DNA of 63,108 nucleotides, counting the filler, from Dugesia japonica (taxonomy: Eukaryota): the NCBI GenBank assembly GCA_001938525.1. It is 6 parts of 6 records of this genome, joined end to end, with 100 filler letters (N's around TTAATTAATTAA, not from the genome) between each part and the next. Parts side by side here need not be neighbours in the genome. Positions count along the whole stretch, not along the records: positions 42,540 to 53,665 come from MQRL01646855.1; positions 53,766 to 63,108 come from MQRL01498875.1; 4 more parts are not named here. The stretch is one strand, 5' to 3'. The notes under the pieces are model-generated. The model did no database searches and had not been told where the DNA came from. It saw only the letters and a list, made by a program, of their open reading frames with translations. A program made the translations under genes and the position numbers. How positions within the stretch are numbered: the stretch's first letter is position 1; every line of letters starts with the position of its first letter. Shown here in pieces: positions 50,800 to 63,108 of this stretch.

Positions 50800-51880
50800 T
50801 CAATACAAAGCAGAATCTGAGTAATAGTTGTCCATGTATTCATCCTGATAATAAAGCAAGTAGATTCATTGTTGCACTTGAAAATCCTATTTACTTGAAT
50901 GAACAATGGGAAGGAGCCTTGATGAATTTTACCTTTATATATTCTGCTTTTCAATTATATAACAAATCATACATCATACATACAGTTGATGATTATGAAA
51001 GGAATGTAGAAATCATAATCAATAACAAAGAAAAGTCATTGATGGTTCATGGTGTTGGTTTTGAAGTGATTGATGAAAAATCATTGTTAATAATATTAAA
51101 ACATCATGATTATGTTGTAATATATGACAATTTAGAAGATGCTAGAAAATATGGATTTAATACTTTAAGGAATAATATAGAATCTGATTCTACCATACTA
51201 AATCAAGACTTTAAAAACGATGATTCGATTAATATTGTGAAAATGAAATTAATGTTTTTAATAGAAACTAATAATTTTATAATTACAATTATTGTGAGAA
51301 TAATTGTTGGACTTAACCATTGATCGGATTTGAGATTTCATTAAAATAAATTCATATATTTACAAAACGAATATTACATATCAAATTTGGATCAATTTGA
51401 TAATTTTATCACAAAAATGTGCAAGTCTGTAATCAAAACACTTACTATAAAAATGATGAACCATTCCGATTTTCATTGTTGGAAAGTGTTAAAAGTGTTA
51501 CGCTTGACAATGTCTTGACCAAATCATTCCGATTAGATAAACAAACATATGCTTGTGATTATAGAAATATAGTCCACACTGAATTCATTGGTGTTAAATA
51601 TCCAAAATTAATCACTAATCCTCCCCAAATGTTCATATATAGTAATATTGTTGAACTTATAATAGTTGGTGATGTTAATGTTCCTTCATTGAAATCTGCA
51701 TGGTTGGAGAATTATGAAGATGATCAAGTTGCTCAGATTATAATCAAGAATCCAATGTATTTCTCAGTTGCCACTTCATGAATAAACAATATAGAAATCA
51801 ATATCCGAAGCGATAGTGGAGAATTAATCAAGTTTGCTAAAGACTCAAAAACTCATTTACTCTACATTTTCGAAAATAAA
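50800..51880 (+). pseudogene. Polinton minor capsid (penton-like) protein, disrupted
   Basis: SNSCP.IHPDNKASRFIVALENPIYLNEQWEGAL at the N-terminus; MFIYSNIVE..IVGDVNVP.L...NPMY...INNIEINIRSDSGELIKF...LHFRK at the C-terminus. Confidence 0.85.
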
Positions 51881-51899
51881 ATATTTTACAGAATCAACT

Positions 51900-52400
51900 G
51901 CTTATCAGATTCAATAACTGAAACTATTGGCTTCTTATTTTTGATATTGATTAAATTAAATCCAAAATTTTTAGCATCTGATAACGATTTAAATCCCATT
52001 TCTACTTGACATCTGTTTTAATATTACTTTCATTTTATCGGAAAATATATACCAGTTATATTTATTGGTAGGGACGGTATTATTAAGTTGAAGACTACCA
52101 TCTAAAATACTTAATTAAAATTTATCTTCAATTTCCATCACCTTTCTTATTTTATATTCAATTTTTGAACCTTTACGTATAGTAAAAATTGAAATAAAAT
52201 TCTGTCATGGTAACTTCAAAACGGATATCCTTTAAATTGATGGCATTCTCATAGTCAATTAATTACTTGCTTGCATTATTATCAGATCGAGTTCTTGGAC
52301 AACTATTGCTTAGCAAAACCATATATAAACTTATTATTGGATTTAAGACACTTGAATCTACGTATGCTTTGAATATCCATGCCATTCAACTAGATATTGT
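51900..52400 (-). pseudogene. Second penton-like remnant
   Basis: Minus strand MVLLSNSCPRTRSDNNAS directly after the integrase, paralleling 50820. Confidence 0.5.
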
Positions 52401-52469
52401 TTATATTGGCCTTGACCTTTGGTTTTGAGAACTGATTTGATTTGAGATATACTTGGTTTTTCCGCCAAC

Positions 52470-53321
52470 ACTTGTAATTCCTGCTCAAAATATTTGCTTT
52501 GAATAATATTACCATCTTCAGCACGTATTACATATATAACTGGGGCCGGTCTCGTGTTGATTTCCGAGATTTGAAAGACTTCATAACTCCAATTATTATC
52601 AAAGCTTTTGATGAATGGCGTAGTACTAATTCGGGAAATCCGTACATGTCCAATTTTATATTTTGGTTTTGGTTTTTTATTGATGAAATACTGAGTATAA
52701 TCATCTTTATCTGTAACATCAACTGGTTTTTGTCGTCTTTCAATATCTCTATGCTCAGAATGGTTGTATGCATAAATCGTTTTTGGTAAAATATGTATCT
52801 ATTTTTTGNTATCTTGTTTGGTAAAACATTTCTTAAATCGCCTTGTACTGAAAACTTACTGAATGGTGTAGTATACCATATTGTTTCAATAATGATTTGA
52901 CCTGTGTATTATAAAACTCTTTACCAAAATCTGTTTAAATAGCTTTTGGGTGAACATCTTTAAACATTGTCATCAAAGCCAACAAAATATCTTTACCAGA
53001 TTTTCGTGTGTCTGGAACTGCACGTGCATATCGACTAAATACATCAACACATGTCAAAATAAATCTTTAATCATTATTTATGCTTGCATATGGAATCATT
53101 TCCATCAAATCCATTTACCATAGTCTATTAACCCCAGTAACAATATATTTGCATGTTGGAAACCCTTTTCGTATTGGTTTATACAAACTATATGCCAGTT
53201 TATTGCTTAAACATTTCTTTATCTCTTTTACGGAAACATTTGCAGCATTTGCAAGCTTTGAAATAACGGTGTATTTAACCGGGTTCTTTGGATTAGACCA
53301 TAGTTGTTCCATCAATTTCAT
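52470..53321 (-). pseudogene. Second Polinton integrase, disrupted
   Basis: AYSLYKPIRKGF, LW*MDL, FILTCVDVFSRYA, PKAI*TDFGKEFYN, NWS.EVF.I region. Confidence 0.88.
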
Positions 53322-53419
53322 CGTGCAAATACAACAAGGAATATTTAGTTAAATGTCTGGAATATTAGAAGGTGCAACACCCATTTATATTGAAATTTCA
53401 AAAAGAATTGATATTTAAT

Positions 53420-53552
53420 ACAGAATCAACAATTATCGATTTTATTGCAGGTGACACAGATAGATTTTTCTTGTCATGTACTGGAGTGGACGAAGACAGG
53501 CTCTTGAGAGAAATCGAATATGATGATCTGCTGAATACAAGCTAATATCCAA
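53420..53552 (+). pseudogene. Short pPolB fragment
   Basis: IAGDTDRFFLSCTGVD..RLLRE, near-identical to 26765-26835. Confidence 0.8.
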
Positions 53553-53600
53553 ATATTGAATTTGTATTTTATTGTTAAAATAATAGAAATAATAAAGTTG

Positions 53601-53665
<65 letters not shown>

Positions 53666-53765
53666 NNNNNNNNNNNNNNNNNNNNNNNNNNNNNNNNNNN
53701 NNNNNNNNNTTAATTAATTAANNNNNNNNNNNNNNNNNNNNNNNNNNNNNNNNNNNNNNNNNNNN
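53666..53765. other. Artificial contig-joining spacer
   Basis: N44-TTAATTAATTAA-N44. Confidence 0.97.
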
Positions 53766-55950
53766 AAACTGAGGAGATCATATTAAAAATATTTTACAAG
53801 ATCAATTTTTAATGGGAGCGCAATCAAGCATTAGAACCGAGCTTAGTTTAGTAGATTATCAAGATTTTGATGATCTCGTTAAAAAGGCCAGACGAATTGA
53901 AGTAAATTCTGAGGTAACAACAAAGGCTTCTACAGTAAATTACACTGAAATGGCAAAATTTCAGAGACCTGAACCAGAAAGTCCAAATTTTAGAAAAGGG
54001 TCAAATTTTAAACCAAAAACATTTAATCCACCCTCACCAAGGAATCGTAAGGAACGAAAGCATCAATATTGAGTTTTCCCAATATCAAAAAGATCTTTGT
54101 ACTAGATACAAATGTGAGTTTTGATGCCATCGGAGCAGTTTTATCGCAAATAAATGGAAGAGGTGTAGAACAAGTCATTTCATATGGGTCACATGCAATG
54201 TCAGCTCATGAAAAGAGATATTGTATAACAAGAAAAGAATTATTGGCCATTTACTATTTTTGTAACCATTTTAAANNNNNNNNNNNNNNNNNNNNNNNNN
54301 NNNNNNNNNNNNNNNNNNNNNNNNATAGCATTTATGAAAAAGACAAACAAGCCAATTACTCCACAATTTCAGACTTGGATGAATTTTCTTAGTAGCCTGG
54401 ATATGGTATTAGAATTTATACAAGGTTCGGAACACACGAATGTAGATATGCTGTGAAGAATAAATTGTGGTACATGTGTACAATGCTTAACAGATCATGA
54501 GAATCCAAAGGAAGGAAAAATAAAGACAAGAACAATTAATGGTATATCAGGTTCAGATATATATATAAATGGCAAAATAACATTGAAGAAATTGAACAGA
54601 TAAAGAATGATATAAAAATGGAACATGTAAAAAGTTTCGATTAATAGAAGATATAATAAAAACAAAAGACGGCAAAATATGGATCCCATCAGAAAAGAAA
54701 ATTCAAATGGTAAAAGAAATCCATAAATTATTGGTGCACACAGGCACGGAAAAAGTCATAAATTATTTGAAAAATGAATTTGATATGGAAGAGTTTAGAG
54801 AAACTGTGTCAAAAGTAATTAAAGAATGTAGAGCGTGCCAAATAAACAAAGTAACAACAATTAGAACAAAGGAGGAAAAAATAAAACTAAAGGCTAATGC
54901 ACCATTTGAGAGTATTGATATTGATATATGTGGGCCTTTCCAAGAAGCTGTAGGAAGAAAAAGATATATATGTTCCATAATAGATAAATTTAGCAGATAC
55001 ATTTGCTTAACAGCCCTAGTTAAACAAGATGAGGAATCAATAAAGAAAACGATTATGGATAAATGGATACTAAGATTTGGTGTTCCAAAGGAAATACATG
55101 TAAATTGTGAGAAGATCTTCGAATCGAAAGCCTTCAAAAAAATGACAGATTCAATGAATATAACGATTTGATTCTCAAGTCAATATCATCATAATACAAA
55201 CGGAATAGTAGAACATCAATTCAGAACGATCAGAGATTACATCAATACAAAATTAAAAGATAAAAGAATAAAAATTGGGCAGAGTTAATACCAGAAATCG
55301 AATATACTCTAAATGCAACAAGCTAGAAGACTTTGGGCATAAGTCCAGCAGAAGTGGTATTTGGTAGGAAGATACATAAAGAACTATGGTTCAATAATAG
55401 AGAAAAGAAGGAAGAATCTGAAGAATTGACACCAACAAAGAGACATTTTCAAGTTGGAGACGAGGTGCTAATCAAGGCGACAAACCGATCAAAAGACAAA
55501 GAAAGATACACAGGTCCTTACGAGGTGATAAAACCGATTTATGAAAGACGATACCTGCTGAAGAGTTCAGAAGGCAAGATGATTGAAAGAAATGTGGAAA
55601 AATTAAATAAAATTTTAAAGAGGCGATGTGAGTATCGATTCATGAATTTTGGATGTCTGAGATTTTTTAATTTTTATGTTTAATATCACGATTAGTTTTT
55701 TGAAATTTTTAAAATATAAAATTTTAAAAATTATAAGGTTGAAAAATAAATAAATATATTTTCAAAAAAAAGGTATTTTAAATTAAAGTTAAAATTTTAC
55801 ATTGTGTTAAATTATAAAATTTTCAAAAAATTATTTTCTAAAATGAGGTTTAAAAATAATTACTTTGGAATTTAGAAAACTAATATTTTTGAAAAATATT
55901 TTATTAAGATTTCTCAGATTCTTTTTTTGAAATTTGTGAATTGTTATTTC
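53766..55950 (+). mobile_element. Gypsy remnant (gag piece, RNase H, integrase, PPT, 3' LTR); protease and RT deleted
   Basis: FVLDTNVSFDAIGAVL, YCITRKELLA, H-H-C-C integrase zinc finger, DICGPF, RYTGPYEVI; PPT TAAAGAGGCGA then TGTGAG at 55629. Confidence 0.9.
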
Positions 55951-55959
55951 ATATTTTTA

Positions 55960-58090
55960 AGAAAAGACTTGTAATAATCAATAAACAATTGATGGAGACC
56001 TGCGAGACTTTAAATTGAACTAATAATTATAATCCAGAAATTTGTGACATCTTCAGAATTGATAAAAACAATGAAATTGAATATTTTAAAGATAGTAAAG
56101 TGGAATAAACCAGAAATGTTGAACAACTACAAAAGAAAATGATTAATGAATTTCAAACTGATATAAATGAAATTATTACCAAGTATTTCAATTATGGTAT
56201 AAAGATTAATGTTCGAATGAGTGTAAATTCTAATTATAATAAAGAAGTAAATGATGAATAAGTGGAAAGAATTTATAATCCCTGTTAGTTACTGATAAAC
56301 CTTCTGAATTTATAACACAAAATTTAAAATCTTCAAATCTTCAAAAAACTATGTTTTTAAAAGATGAATATTTAAACAAACATTTTAAATATTTTAAAAA
56401 ATTCTTGAAATCTTTTATAACATTTTCTTCAAACTTTAAATTACGATTTTCAGTTTTTAATCCTTAAATAATTTTAAAAATTTTTGAAATCTCTTATAAA
56501 GTTTTCTTCAAACTTTAGATTGCAATTTTCAATTTTTAATCCTTACAATTCATATTCAAAGAATAGACAATTTACTATTCAAAGTGAAATTAATAATGGT
56601 GTTAACGGTATTATAAATGAATTACAAAGATATATTGAAGATAAAGATCGAAATGAATCTGGATGGAATTTAAATTACATTGTTGATTATAAAATTGAAA
56701 TTTCTAAATATCAATCTTTACCTGGAGCAACTTATCGAAAATTACCATTTTCAAAACCAGGTGTAATTAATATTCAAAATAAAGATGAAAAATATTTTCT
56801 CTAATCAATTTTAGCTCATAAATATACACTTGATAATCCAACTAGAGTTTCAAATTATATTTCTTATTTAAATGAATTTTAAACAAACAGAATTAAATTT
56901 TCTGTAAATATTAAAAATGTTTAAAAATTTGAAAAATTGAATAATTAATAATAATAATAATAAATGTATTTGAAGTAAAAAACTGCAAAAATTGAACCTT
57001 TATATATTTCTCATTTTGAAACTAAACCTAAACCTGAGGAAAATAAATGTAATTGATTGATTTATAAAAATCATTATATTTTATGTAGAGATGTGCAAGT
57101 ATTTTTTTACAACAAACAGAAATAAAAATTTTTGTGTATCAGATGTATGAATTGTTATCAAAGTAAAAATTTATTAGTAAAACATCAAAAGGAATATATT
57201 AATCATGAAATATAAAATATCACATTTTCAAAACATTATTATTATTCTTTTCAAAATTATTATTACAAAAATAAAATGCCTTTTGTCGTGATTTTGAAAG
57301 TTGGACTAATATTAACACTAAAAAACAAAAACTTTCATCTCTTGGAATTTATAAAGTAAATAAATATCCACATTTAATGCAACATAAATAAAAAGAATTT
57401 TATGAAGAAAACCTTCATGAACAATTTTTCGACTTTTTAGAAGAGATTAATAATAAATTAAAGGATATAAAAGAAAATAAATTAATTAAAGAGTTTAATG
57501 GTGAACTTGCTCACCTTGACCTTTCACAAACTCAAAGTAAACAAAATAGATATTGTGATAAAATATAATCTCAAATGAAAATCCAGTAATTGATCACGAT
57601 CATTTCAATGGAGTATTTAGAGTTTATGCTCATTCAAAGTTTAGTTTACAAGAAAAATCTATAAAGTATTAGCTTATTCCATTTTATTTTCATAATGAAT
57701 CATGTTATGATAATCATTTATTTTTCAAAGAATTATTAGCAAAATATCCAAGTAAATTTAAAAAAAAATCCTCATACAGATGAAGTTTACATTTCATTTT
57801 TCATGTGTATGTGGAGAAAGACAAGTATTTAACCATAACAACAAAAAAATCCATACACTAAACAAGTAAATAAAGCACAATTTGATGATTTAATAAAAAT
57901 GATGAATTCAAATGAGAAAATTCCATCTTGTATGACTCAGCCTTTACCAACAGGTGAAATTTATGAATGTAATCTCAACGGGTCCCATAACTTAGAATAT
58001 ACTCAATCAACAAGTAAAATGAATTATATTTATGAAGTTAATTTAGAATATCCACCAGAATTACATGAAAAAACTAAATAATTTCCTTAA
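55960..58090 (+). pseudogene. pPolB of a second Polinton lineage, decayed
   Basis: SGWNL...ISKYQSLPGATYRKLP...VINIQNKDEK; VIDHDHFNGVFR.YAH; FYFHNESCYDNHLF; MTQPLPTG; IYEVNLEYPPELHE. Confidence 0.85.
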
Positions 58091-58859
58091 TTTTTTCTAC
58101 GTTTTAATTTAAATTTTAATTCATTTAAATTATCACCTTTGGCTTGCTCATCCATTTTATTTTAGAGATAATTTGGGTTTTAATAATAATTCAGAATATG
58201 TTTTTTTAGCAATTGAGTAATCACTCAAAATAATAATTTTATAAATATAAATATTTTTAGGTAAAATTAAAGTAACTCTATCTATAAAATATTTATCAGT
58301 TTGTAGAATTCCTTTTTTAATCTATAAAAAAAAGTAAATTTTTGTTTTTTTAATAAAGTTGTATTCAAATATTTTTGGAATATTATCAATCATTACATAT
58401 ATTTCAAAAAGTGAAATATCACAATATCCTAGAATTATAAAATAGGCTTTATCTCTTATTCTATTTAAACGAAAATAAAGTTCTAATGGTTTTTCAAGGT
58501 AATGATATTTATTGATTATTCTTCCTTTTCTTTTTATTTTAAATGGTGATATTAAACCATAATAACTTGGTAAGTCATTCTTTATAATAAAAGTGGTTAA
58601 TAAAAATATTAATATATCATTATACTTACCATAATTTTTTAAAATGAGAAATGGAAAATAATTATCGATTATTTCTTTAATTCTGTTTAATAAAGGTTGT
58701 TCATAAAGTTTTTGAGCTGATGCTTGTTTTTTTAATTTATCAATATAATCATTAATTTCTTTAACACGATCTATGTGAAGATCTTGTTTTATTTTAATAA
58801 ATTCTGTTTTTTAAAGAAAATAAAGGATCGTGCATCATTTGTTTATTAAATTCGATTTT

Positions 58860-59405
58860 GTAATTTAGTTTTTCCAATTCTGAATTAATTTTTATTAAAT
58901 TTTTCAGGAGAACAATTACTAGATAAATTATTAATCTCTTTCCCGAGTTTTGTAATTTTTTCTAAGATGTTGGTAATTTCATTTGTGAGCTTCAAGATCT
59001 CTTGTTTAACTTGTATCTTTTTCGAATCACTCTTCGTTTGCGTTAGCTCATTTTTCAAAGAAATAAAAGATTCATTTAATTAATTTATTTTATTAATTAA
59101 ATCACTCTTGGTTTTAATCCATGATTTATTATTTTCTAAAAGTNGTTGAATATANATATTTTGATCATTTACTTGTTTTTTTAAATCAATAACTTGTTTT
59201 TCTAATTTACTAAAATATTTTAAATTAATAGCATCTAATTCATTTTTAGGATCATTAATAATTTTCAAACAAGTAATTGAATCCCCAATTTTATTAACAA
59301 ATCTCGCTTCGTTCTCTACAGATTCTAATTTTAATTTAGCAGAAACATGTTTTAATATTTTTGCATTATTTGACTATTTAAAGTTTCTCCACAACAATTC
59401 ATTTC
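58860..59405 (-). pseudogene. Fiber-like/coiled-coil protein
   Basis: FVNKIGDSIT.LKIINDPKNELDAINLKY followed by heptad-rich sequence. Confidence 0.4.
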
Positions 59406-59406
59406 T

Positions 59407-59820
59407 TTATTTAAGTAATTTATTAATAATTTCTTCAAAGGTTTTAAAACTTATTGAATATAAAAAATGTAAACATAATATTCCACAAATACTAGTTCCA
59501 AAAGGTTGAACTTGAATTTTATTATAAAAATTTACATGTTTTTTGATTTCTTTAAAAGGTTTAAATCCATAAGAATCAAAATAATAACCACGATAAAAAG
59601 CAACCCCAAGACTTCCTTTTTGATTTGTATTTTGATAATAATTAATATACTTTTTGTTTTTCGTCACATGCATGTCACCAAAATTATTTTTATCTTTATT
59701 TCAAACCTTAGCGACTTCATCTTTCACTAAAACCTCAATTTCTAAATTTAAAAAATTCGCAATAAAATATAAATCAAAATGGTTTTAGTATTCATTCAAA
59801 ATGTTTTTAAAAATCTCATA
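59407..59820 (-). pseudogene. Adenain/Ulp1-like cysteine protease
   Basis: KGS(H)..VAF..YYFDSYGFKP...YNKIQVQPFGTSICGILCLHFL with D, Q and C catalytic motifs; His region altered. Confidence 0.85.
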
Positions 59821-59829
59821 TTGTATAGT

Positions 59830-60484
59830 TTAAACAAGAGATTTTCTTATATGAACTAATAAAGAAATATTTTGCCCATTAAAATCTATTGGATTATTAT
59901 TTTCATCTATGATATTAAATTTTAAAGAATCAATACATTTAGAGTTTAATCTTGAACAAATTGGAGGATAAAGTCTTTCTATAATTTTATAACCAAAACC
60001 TACAGTATTTGAAGTAAAAGAATATAATAAATTCATTGGAGAGTTGTTGATATAATCACCTTTAACTAGATTTCAAGTTTTATTTATCATATTATTGTTT
60101 AAAATATCAATCTTATTTTCAGAATAATATTTTCATGATAAATATTCTTTTGGTAAAAAACCTAAAATTGTATGAAAAAAAGATTTAACATCAAATTTTA
60201 TTGTATGTTTTTGTTTTTGAAAGATCTGGTGTAACTTCTATTCCATGATCTTTTAATTTATTAGACATTTCTTTAATTTCATAAGCACCTGGCTCTATAA
60301 TTTTTTGTTCATATTGATTTTCTTTTAATTTAAAAGTATTATTTTTATTAGTAACATTAAAAATTATATTATAACCACTAAAACATAATAAACCCATTTC
60401 GTAGTCAGAATCTAATTCTATTGAAAATCTTAAATCAACTTCTAAATTAAATTCTTTACCAACAACTAAAAATTGATGAGACAT
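59830..60484 (-). pseudogene. Minor capsid (penton-like) protein, second lineage
   Basis: IELDSDYEMGLL.FSGYN.IFNVTNKNN, PGAYEI, LLYSF..GFGYKIIE, IIDENNNPIDFNGQNISLLVHIRK. Confidence 0.75.
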
Positions 60485-60511
60485 TTTATTTAACTAAAAT
60501 ATTTTTTTTAT

Positions 60512-61314
60512 ATACATTATATTTTTCTTTGGTAATTAATTCTGGGTTTAAAAACTCTTTACAAACAGATTTAATTTCTTTGTGTAAATTATTATGACTT
60601 GTTTTCACTGCTGAAATTAATAATGTCAATATTTCAAATAAAGTTAGTGGATCCCTTTCGGTTTCATGATCTTTAAAAGCTTTAATAAAGTCAAAACCTT
60701 CACCTTTAGTAATATCTTCTTGAATTTCTTTTTCAACAGGAGTTTCCTTTTTAAGCTTTGGTATTTTTGAAGTTTCACGACTTTCAGGAGTTTTTTTCCC
60801 CAGTTAAAAATTTATAATAATTAGAAGTAGTAGGAATTTTAATATTTAATTTATTTAAATAAATATCTTTTGCTTCTTCATCATTACTTCCATTTCCTAA
60901 AACTAAATTCATTACTTCTTCAAAATATGGTATTAGTTTTTCTTTTGTTAAAAAGTATTTCTTTCCATCACTTTCTTCAAATAAATATATTTCTTTGTGT
61001 GGGTAAATTATTTTTTGAAATTTTTTATTATTAATAACTTCTATTTTAATAATTGTTTGTATAATTGTTTTAGATAAATCATCAACATTTAAATTAAGTT
61101 CAGGAAAGAATGGTATTCTATTTTCAAAAGGGTTTATAGGTTTTATACTTAATTTTTCAATAGCTTTAATAGTAGGTTGTTGCTCAAAGGTTAAAGTATC
61201 TTATAAAGTTTGTGATTCAATTACATTAACAGTTATTAAATTATTAAAATCATTTTGAGCTTTAATTAATTCTTTCAAAAGTTTTATTCTTGCCAACATT
61301 TCCTTATTATCCAT
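60512..61314 (-). pseudogene. Polinton hypothetical protein between core-like gene and penton
   Basis: Fragmented reading frames from MDNKEMLARIKLLKELIKAQ to LLISAVKTSHNNLHKEI; positional assignment only. Confidence 0.35.
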
Positions 61315-61319
61315 TTTAT

Positions 61320-61860
61320 TTAGGATTATCATGAGAATTAACATAAGGTTTTAAATACAAACCATCACTACTAGTTTTTATTTGTACTCCATTTTTAAAG
61401 TTTTTAGTAAGCATCTTCAACTCTGAGTTTGGTAAACTATTTTTTAAATATTTATGAATTGCACTTCTTTGTTAAGGTTTTAAGTAAAGTCCTGATCCAA
61501 AACTAGTTTTATCTGAACCTTCTTTTTCTAATTTTTCTATTTGAATTATTTTTTCTGTAATTCAACTAATTCAGTTTTATTTGATTTTTAATTGCAATTC
61601 TAGGATTACTTATAGTTGAAGCTATTCCAGTCGCAATTCCAGCTGTTGATGCTTAAATCGGCAATTATAGCTGGTATTGCAGCAAGGAAAGCAAATCAAC
61701 CTTGATGTTCTTTACCTACTTTCTTTTTTATTTCTTCTTTAACTTTATTACCAATCCAATATTTTTTACTTTTAATTTTTACAGATTTACTTTTATTTGA
61801 ATTTATCAAATCAATTAATTCTTGTTCTGATACTGAAGACATATTATTCACTTGTTTTTG
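61320..61860 (-). pseudogene. Basic core-like (pVII/pX-type) protein with GxGLYLKP repeats
   Basis: HQG*FAFLAAIPAIIA, FGSGLYLKP and SDGLYLKPY motifs. Confidence 0.55.
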
Positions 61861-62059
61861 GAAAAAATAATAAAAATATTCTTATTTATGTTTAGTATCC
61901 AAATTTAAGTCCTCTTTCTCCTCTTTCACCTCTTTACACCTCTCCTCCTCTTTTCATCTCCCAAATTTAAAGAGGTTGGAGGATTTTTAAAGAGGAGAAA
62001 TAAATTACACCTACACCTCTTTCAAATCCTCTTTCTCTTCAAATAAGTCTTCTATTAAT

Positions 62060-62700
62060 ACATCAGCTTCTTTATCTAAATAGTAATAATTGTATTTAGT
62101 TTTCCAATATAAATTTACATTATAATCATATTCCATTTTACTATAAAATATATTACTAAANAAATCATAATAAACATTATCTTTATCAGTTTTATTTAAT
62201 TTAAAAAATATAAAACAATTAGAATTATTTCTAATAGTTTTTATCTAAATGAAAATAAATTTGTGAAATATAAATGACATTACAATTTACATGTCTTCCT
62301 CTGGTAAAATAACTTTTCTGAATTTCTTGATCTTTGGCATTTACAACATCATCAAAAACTATTAAATTCTTTTTGTGTTTAGATAATTTATCACAAGGAA
62401 TAATTTCATTTGGTTTATTACTTAGAACTATGTTGATTGATCTTGGTTTATTTATTAAATAATTTGTTTTCTATAAACCATTCGATGACTTGTAATGGTG
62501 TTATTAAAGAATCAGGAACTATATTTTGATGTTCGAAAATAAAAATAATATCTTGTTTTGTTAATTCATTTTCAAAACCATGATAAACCAATTGTAATTC
62601 AAATTGATTTATAGTTGTAGAATAAATTATCAAAGTGTGATAATCTAAAAACTCTGGAGTTAATAACCTTTTCATTAACAAAACATTTTTACTTGATTCA
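62060..62700 (-). pseudogene. A32/FtsK-like DNA packaging ATPase
   Basis: Walker B NLIVFDDVV, SYFTRGRHVNCNVIY, IRNNSNCFIFFK; Walker A region damaged. Confidence 0.88.
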
Positions 62701-62719
62701 GAAGATATATATTTTTATA

Positions 62720-63108
62720 TATTTTTAACTAGTTTAAATGAAATTCAACATTGTTGATGATATTCCAGGATCATTAATTATTTCTACATGTGAAGATCCT
62801 AAAGTTAATCTCATGAATTTAAATAATTTTGGAAACCAATTATTTTTCAAAGTTATTTTATCTTTATGACCACCAAATCCTAATGTCACTTTAAAAAACA
62901 AAAAATTGAATTACAAATATCTAATGGATTTGTATATTGTAAAGATTGAAAAACTATATCTTCAGAAGACATTAAATTATTAATTGATCAACATGAAGGT
63001 GAAATTCTTAAAACATCATTTTTAAGAAGAAAAAGATGAAAATTAATATTATTATCAATGTTTAATTTTGTAACCATTCTCTTTAATAATAAGATAAAAA
63101 TAACCAAA
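62720..63108 (-). pseudogene. Possible major capsid N-terminal fragment, second lineage
   Basis: TLKNNWFPKLFKFMRLTLGSSHVEIINDPGISSTM resembles the NN....LF...L..G..IE motif of Polinton/PLV capsids; sits next to the ATPase. Confidence 0.45.

Larger units (their letters stand above)
49207..51880 (+). mobile_element. Polinton fragment: terminus, integrase, minor capsid
   Basis: AGTAGAGAGATAGTAGCGCATC at 49207, followed by integrase and penton-like genes. Confidence 0.7.

Overview
AT-rich eukaryotic (animal) DNA, not a contiguous locus: five identical 100-nt spacers (N44-TTAATTAATTAA-N44) join six separate contigs, so synteny across them is meaningless. The window is mostly decayed mobile DNA: at least six Ty3/gypsy LTR-retrotransposon remnants, mariner, Tc1/IS630-like, two hAT and one R2/NeSL-type relics, and many fragments of Polinton/Maverick (adintovirus-like) endogenous dsDNA viruses. 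The viral fragments cover protein-primed PolB, rve integrase, major and minor capsid proteins, adenain-like protease, packaging ATPase and core-like proteins from at least two lineages. Host genes are an apparently intact two-exon NK2-class homeobox gene (12222-13855) and a truncated phospholipid scramblase-like gene with 48-49 nt introns. The most novel signals are tied to the Polintons. (1) A terminal motif AGTAGRTRGATAGTRGCGCAC occurs nine times. (2) A small tail-anchored membrane protein and its promoter are conserved in two different elements. (3) An intact three-exon accessory gene with 44-45 nt introns lies inside an element. (4) Seven AP-1 sites cluster just inside one terminus. All calls come from manual translation and motif recognition; no database searches were run.
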